DNA of 64,000 nucleotides from Selaginella moellendorffii (Eukaryota; Plantae; Lycopodiophyta): NCBI RefSeq assembly GCF_000143415.4, contig NW_003314332.1, positions 124,001 to 188,000 of the forward strand, read 5' to 3'. Shown piece by piece: positions 58,137 to 64,000 of this stretch (position 1 is its first letter; each line of letters starts with the position of its first letter). The notes under the pieces were generated by a model. It saw only the letters and a program-made list of their open reading frames with translations, ran no database searches and was not told where the DNA came from. The position numbers and the translations under genes were made by a program.

Positions 58137-58560
58137 CTAATAATTTTTTTTTAGTTGGCTTTTGACACTCCAGAGGTCCTGTAGCTGAGAGTTGAGAGCT
58201 TTCGATGTTCTAGAGGACGCGACACAGCGAGGGGTCTTAAACTGAGCTGGAGACATGCCGTTCCTGACGGCCTCCTCCATCAGCCTCTCGAGCGTTCCTT
58301 TCTTGACAATCACCAGCTCGAACGAATTGATCAGCCCGTCCATCCCTTTTCTCGTGCTCTGGATTGTGTACGTCCACGCAGCACTTCTCTAAGTCTTGAG
58401 TTTTGGAGTAGTCGAGCTCCAAGAAGATAGGAGGAACGGTGGCTGGATTAATGAAATTCAACACTTCGAAATCTCTGGCATTCTTGCAGACCTTGTTCAG
58501 TAGCATTTGCTTGTCCATGGTTTCGTTGTTTATGCAGAACTGTGCTGTTTTCTCTATTTC
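58137..58560 (-). pseudogene. GH3 last-exon remnant (inverted copy, deletions and frameshift)
   Basis: CINNETMDKQML, DYSKTQDLEKCC and DGLINSFELVIVKKGTLERLMEEAVRNGMSPAQFKTPRCVASSR are homologous to 62730-63135. Confidence 0.88.
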
Positions 58561-58739
58561 ATCTGTAACCAAAGGTTTAATGTTCTTTATTCAAGGGGAT
58601 GATGTTGGCAATGGCTATGGTGGTAGACATGGTGACATGCACAAACAAGCAGCACACGAAACACAAAACACCATATGCCATTAGAATTATTTGCATCAAA
58701 AATTATTTCGAATAATAGAAGTGTAATAAACAAAAGGTG

Positions 58740-60577
58740 TCAAATTATAAGCAGCCAAGAGAGTTCTTTGATATCTTCATGCTCACGTTCCCTGTCACTG
58801 TTCACTACGTAGTGGACTCTCAGCATGCTGTACCTCGGCACTCCATGCCGCCACAGATAGTTCATCGCCGCGTCTCGCGAGACATTCCACATCCACACGA
58901 AGGGCTCTGCGTCGAATTCCATCAGAGGCACTAGCCATCCCTCTCCTCTCATAACTTTGTTTATCCGGGACAAGAAATGCTTGCAGGCGGCGAGATTCAT
59001 GCGATGCAGGTCCATGTTGCCAGGCTTGAGCACTTCGTAAAACTCCAGCTCCTCTCCGGGATAAACCAGATCGCCGCGAGTCAAAGCCACTCCATTCCTT
59101 TGCAGCAAACCGGCCTGACCCGTGAGAAGTTCGATGGCTCCGGCAACGTTCGCTACCGGTTTGCCTCCTTCCGACGGACACAGTCCCTACAACGGAGCCA
59201 TCCCTGTCCCTCACGCGGCAGTAGCTTAGCAAGTCTGCTTTGGATGGCGTAGCCGGGTGGGACTTCATGGTATCTAGCTTGAACACGCTCAACTGCGACT
59301 CAAATCATGCTGCAAAGAGCTGACCATCACACATACCTGACCGTGATCACCTCCAGAGGCAATGAGACAAGCGTAGTCTTTGATCTTCGCGTGCACCAGG
59401 CTCAGGCCCTGCAAATGATTCACTCAGTAATTACCGACGTTCAAGTCTGTGAGTGATACCTCAGGCTCTACGCACACAGGAGTCCACTTCCGAGATTTCA
59501 TGTTGAGCAGCATCGTTTGAGGCAGCATGCCTGTGGGAAACACGCAGTCAAAATGATAGTGGAATAGCATACCACCAACGATGTAGCATTCGTCCCCAGA
59601 TCCAGTAGCCACAGCGATGGACGTTGGCGCAGCAGGAAACTCCATGGGCGCGGACGACTATCGTTTCTGCGCAACAGCGACTATCAGTTCTTGAGCTTTC
59701 AGCAAAAAGCGTGTCTCCCTCACAGTTTTGAGATCCAACATGTACAGCTTGTTGTCGCAGCCGGAGAAAAGGTAGAGATAATTGATTGCCGTTGACGGAA
59801 GCATCGCCATGAAAACAAAACCCGGTGGACGATACCACTACAGTGAAAGAAGCCGACGAGGTGAGGTTACATGAACACACCTCTTTAGGAATTATTTCGA
59901 ACCTTGTACTCCCACGTTCCCACACCTTCGTTTCCAGATCAAAGGTGTAGACGTCGTCAAGCGTTCGACCGTGAATGTCCTCGCCACCATAAGGTAGCCG
60001 AGTGACCACGCGTTCCAGCCTAGAAAGAAGATATTTTTTCTGGTAAGAAATAGCAATTACCGGAGCATCTCCAGTCGTTGTTACATGGGGACACAAGCAT
60101 CATCGCTTCAAACTCGTACACTACACAAATAGACTTGTTTAAGTTGCTTTGCTACCTCGCAATCTTTCGTCTGATGGAATCCGAACGAAAGCAAAGACCG
60201 TTGTTCCTCTTGCAACCTGATAGATAGTATTAGCCACTGTGAAGAAAACTAGCTCTGGCAGGAACAGGATGGAAGTAAAGTCCAAGTCCAGTTTCTCAAA
60301 TTCAAAACCTTGCTGAGAAAAATCACGATATCATAAGGAAAATCACGAGACAGAGAAGTTTACCAGCGCATCGCTCAGGTATTTGTCCTCACAGCGTCCC
60401 CCGACAACATACTTCTTTTGATCGAGCACGACAGCTCCATGCTGCAATGCAGGAAGCAAAGTCACAGTATTGAGGGCCAAATCCTGTTAAATTTACCAGA
60501 CATCGAGCTTGTGGGTGAGAAGCTGTGGTATAGGTTCCCATTGGGCTGCTGCACCGCTGCCAAACCACCTTTTGAAC
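58740..60577 (-). pseudogene. Second, inverted Kelch-Ubl-CRN-like copy; 5' start lost, 3' truncated
   Basis: Near-identical reverse copy of ~53745-55615 (ALTRGDLVYPGEELEFYEVLKPGNMDLHRMNL; YGGEDIHGRTLDDVYTFDLETKVWE) carrying its own frameshifts. Confidence 0.85.
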
Positions 60578-60593
60578 TAGTAATATCCACTAG

Positions 60594-60820
60594 CTAGTGC
60601 AAGAGGCGCCACCATAGTCTTAACGCAGTGTCCTTAAACCCGTTATTCCAAGGGTTAGACACTTCTTCCTCTTGGAATAGAATTGCCGCAAATGGTTGCA
60701 ATTCGTCTTGCTCCATGAGCCAGAAGACATTTATCGTATGTCTCATCTTGGCAAATGCTTGAATGATCAATGTCCAGGTCATCGCCGTTTGATCTTCCAG
60801 CTGCTCAAACACACGCTCTA
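60594..60820 (-). pseudogene. Short degenerate PPR fragment
   Basis: VFEQLEDQTAMTWTLIIQAFAK...VFWLMEQDELQP resembles a PLS S-P junction. Confidence 0.5.
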
Positions 60821-60978
60821 TTAGATTTAAATGCGAGTGCCCTTGTAGATTCTTGGATCAGAATGGATCGAGGCAAAGCATTCCTTTCGGGCTTTTAATA
60901 CCGCTATTTTCAAATGCCCATTTAGAAAAGTATACATCATGAGTTTGAATTAGGGAAGATAACTTCATTAAAAACGAT

Positions 60979-61088
60979 GGATTATCTTCCACGGGATTGA
61001 CTAGACTAGGATTATCTTCCACGGGATTGACTAGACTAGGATTATCTTCCACGGGATTGACTTGACTAGTTCCACGGGATTGACTAGG
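60979..61088. repeat. 30-bp minisatellite carrying W-box cores (TTGACT) in the GH3 promoter
   Basis: GGATTATCTTCCACGGGATTGACTAGACTA starts at 60979, 61009 and 61039, plus a partial fourth unit. Confidence 0.9.
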
Positions 61089-61312
61089 CTTTACACGAGC
61101 AGTGAACCTTGACTAAGTCAACATTGAATGAACAATTTGTGATTATCCGCAAGTTGCCGAAATTACAGGCTTTCTTGGCGGTCAAGGCTACTACGCTTGA
61201 ATAGAATTGGGTAATATAAAAGAATAGCAAACTGCGCTCACATCATACTCACTTCTCTCACTCTCACACATTACAAGCATCCATTCACAGCATCACACAC
61301 ATTCGCACAAAA

Positions 61313-63179
61313 ATGGCCGCTTCTGCAATTGCCGAGTTCGAGGACGCGTGCAAGAATGCAGCTTCGATCCAGGAGGAGCTTCTGCTCGGCATTCTTCGCA
61401 AGAATGCATGCTGCGAGTATCTCCAGAAGTATGGCAGCCCGCTGACAGTTGCTGCATTCAAATCCCAGGTCCCAGTTATTGGCTACGATGATATTCGCAG
61501 TGACCTCGAAAGAATTGCTGATGGAGATCGAGGGCAAATTCTTTGCCATGATCCAATCACCAGCTTCTTCACAAGGTATCGCTAGGAAGACTTGCTTTCT
61601 TGCCAGTTTTTTACACTTGCGATTATCTAACAGCTCGGGAACGTCTTCCGGAAAGAACAAGAACATCCCGGCGACTTACGAGAACACTGTCTCTGTGGTA
61701 AAAGTCCTCGAAAGCTCTTACGCTTACAAAACAAAGTAAGTTTCCCAATCTTGTGGAAATGTGCTAAGTTGCTGGGTTGTCTGTTTTGAAGCTACTTTGA
61801 TCTTGGCAAAGGACGTTCCGTGAGCCTGCTCTATTTCAAGGATCTACATGCAACCAAATCGGGTCTTGTATTTGGGCCGGTCACGGCCCATGGGATCCGA
61901 AGCACGAGATTCAGGCAGGTCTGGAGGTCTTCACGTACCACCCCTTATGAGGTTCTCGTCGCCGCAAGTGATTTTCGCGAGCTAACGTACTGCCACTTGC
62001 TGTGCGCGCTGCTCCAACGCCACGAGGTGGAGCAAGTCGAGTGTATGTACGCATACAGTATCTGTGAGGCTCTCCGGCTGTTCCAGAACGAGTACTGGGA
62101 AGAGCTTTGCAACGACATAAGAACCGCCAGCCTGAGCAAAACAAAAGTCACGGATCCAAAGCTGAGGAAAGCGTTTGAAAGAGCTGGAGTTTTTCGCAGC
62201 AAATGTGGCAACGCAATGGAAGCCGACAAAATCTTCAAGATCTGCAGCAACGAATCGTGGTCTGGAATTCTTCCGCTGTTGTTCCCCAAAGCGAAGCTCG
62301 TGTCAGCGGTGGTAACGGGCGCGATGACACACTACGTTCCGACGTTAAGCTTCTATGCCGGGGATCAGCTTCCTATCGTTGGGCAGGGTTTCTTCTCGTC
62401 CGAGGGAGGCATCGGGATCAACATCGATCCTCTTTCTCCTCCAGAGGGCGTCATCTATACTGTCACACCCCGATCTCTTTACTACGAGTTTCTTCCACTT
62501 GGTGCTACTGAAGCTCTAAGCATGCATGAAGTGGTTATTGGGGAGCTGTATGAGATTCTCGTGACAAACTTTGCAGGTAGACGACAATTTGGTTCTTTTC
62601 TTTATCTCTAACAGCAATCTTTCATGAAAATGTATAGGTCTTTACCGCTGCCGGATGGGCGACGTTGTGCAAATAACAAGCTTTTTCCATGGCGCTCCTC
62701 AGATGGCTTACCATCACCGCAAGAACGCAGTGATGTGCATAAACAACGAGACTGTGGACGAGCAAATGCTACAAAACGTGGTGAACAAGGTCTCAAAGGA
62801 TGCCGGAGTTGAAGTGTTGGACTTCATGATCTATGGCGATCCAGTTGCCGTTCCTCCTTCCTACACGATCTTCTGGGAGCTCGGGAATGCCAAAGACTAC
62901 TCCAAAACTCAAGTCTTGGAGCAGTGCTGTGCCAACGTACTTAAGTCTTTCAATCCAGAGCATACGAGAAAAGGCACGGACGGGCTGATCGATTCGTTCG
63001 AGCTGGTGATTGTCAAGAAAGGAACGTTTGAGAGGCTGATGGAGGAGGCTGTCAAGAACGGCGCGTCTCCAGCTCAGTACAAGACCCCTCGCTGCGTCGC
63101 GTCCTCGAGAATATTGGAAGCTCTCAACTCTGGACGCGTTCACAGCTACAAGAGCTCTGCAATGTCGAAAGTCAACTAG
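61313..63179 (+). CDS. GH3: GH3 acyl-acid amido synthetase, 4 exons, 563 aa
   Basis: Exons 61313-61575, 61634-61735, 61792-62576 and 62638-63179 splice in frame. Motifs SSGTSSGK, FFSSEG, GLYRCRMGD, QYKTPRC. TATA-like sequence at ~61215. Confidence 0.95.
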
Positions 63180-63293
63180 GATAAATTAATCTATATTTAT
63201 CTTTGACCGTGACTTCAGCATTATTCTAACTAAATCTACATTCTTCGTCTTTGACTGTGCCTGCGATCAAACTTGGCTGCAAGACTCACTAAA

Positions 63294-63394
63294 CTTAGAC
63301 TCACGACTTGAAGAACTAGAAAAAAGCCTTAGACTCACGACTTGAAGAACTAGAAAAAAGCCTTAGACTCACGACTTGAAGAACTAGAAAAAAG
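63294..63394. repeat. 34-bp tandem repeat x3 downstream of GH3
   Basis: CTTAGACTCACGACTTGAAGAACTAGAAAAAAGC starts at 63294, 63328 and 63362. Confidence 0.92.
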
Positions 63395-63563
63395 ATCTCT
63401 AAATTCTTCCAGCGCATCACTTTGGATCATGAGAGGAGCCTGGTTCGTGCATCAACGTGAAAATTTCTCTAAGTGAAGAACTGAGTCATGCATATACTGT
63501 ACTGGTCAAAAGCTCTACATAAAGAATGGCCTTTTTGACACGACACGAAAGATCTCAGCTAGT

Positions 63564-63962
63564 TTAATGCTGCTTATAAAACTCGACGAGGCTTTCCATG
63601 TCAAAGCTAGACGCGGGATCAAACGATCTTTCCACGGCTCGGTCACTTGTCACAAGTGTAACGTGTTGCACACGACACAGATTGATGACCTTTTCAACTG
63701 CATGAGCAGCTCTCCCCAAGTCGGGCCTCAAGTCGAGTTCTTCTTCTTCTGGACTTTCCGAAACGAAAAGGCGGTGAATTCTCAAAAGGCATTGACCCAA
63801 AATTTCGTCCTCGGCATAATCAAACTCCAGCTGCCAGCCACAAAATCACAGGTTCACTGCAAGTGTTAGAGTTTAGAGAACAAGCAACTAGGCTGAAAAC
63901 TCACTTTCGCAAGGAAACCGAGCCCAAGCTCTAGCTCCTGGTATTCGTCGACCATGTTAAAT
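63564..63962 (-). CDS. Exons of an unidentified gene entering from the right edge (gene X), partial
   Basis: AG/GT-bounded exon FNMVDEYQELELGLGFLAK, followed by LEFDYAEDEILGQCLLRIHRLFVSESPEEEELDL...; duplicated at 57745-57900. Confidence 0.4.
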
Positions 63963-64000
63963 CTGAGCAAGAACAGTTCGTAGAAATCAACAGAATCATG

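Noticed and set aside
60979-63394. 30-bp and 34-bp repeats as CRISPR arrays
   Set aside because: The units are contiguous with no unique spacers, there are no cas genes, and the context is eukaryotic.

Overview
Eukaryotic nuclear DNA from a very compact, gene-dense land-plant genome. Introns are about 50-65 nt, PPR genes are PLS/SS-type and there is an Sfi1-like basal-body gene; together these suggest a lycophyte such as Selaginella (inference). Left to right: 3' end of a Pro/Phe-rich protein, tRNA-Glu, PYL ABA receptor, PA200, a 6 kb AT-rich block of decayed Ty3/gypsy elements, a CYP701 (ent-kaurene oxidase-like) pseudogene, three class III peroxidases with a tRNA-Thr, YSL, CIA1, AOX, a PLS-E PPR, NSE1, a head-to-head pair of Crinkler-like PD-(D/E)XK nuclease-kinase genes (one intact, one with its catalytic core deleted), a CBS protein, Sfi1-like, CSN7, condensin CAP-H and two divergent MiAMP1-like peptides. 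The last 13 kb is a rearranged block in which a PPR / dirigent / Kelch-Ubl-Crinkler-like fusion / GH3 / unknown-gene cassette appears a second time, inverted and circularly permuted. The best candidates for undescribed biology are the Crinkler-like nuclease-kinase pair and the ACBP4-type Kelch::Crinkler-like fusion, which sit among defence-type genes. All family assignments are from motif recognition by eye; no searches were run.
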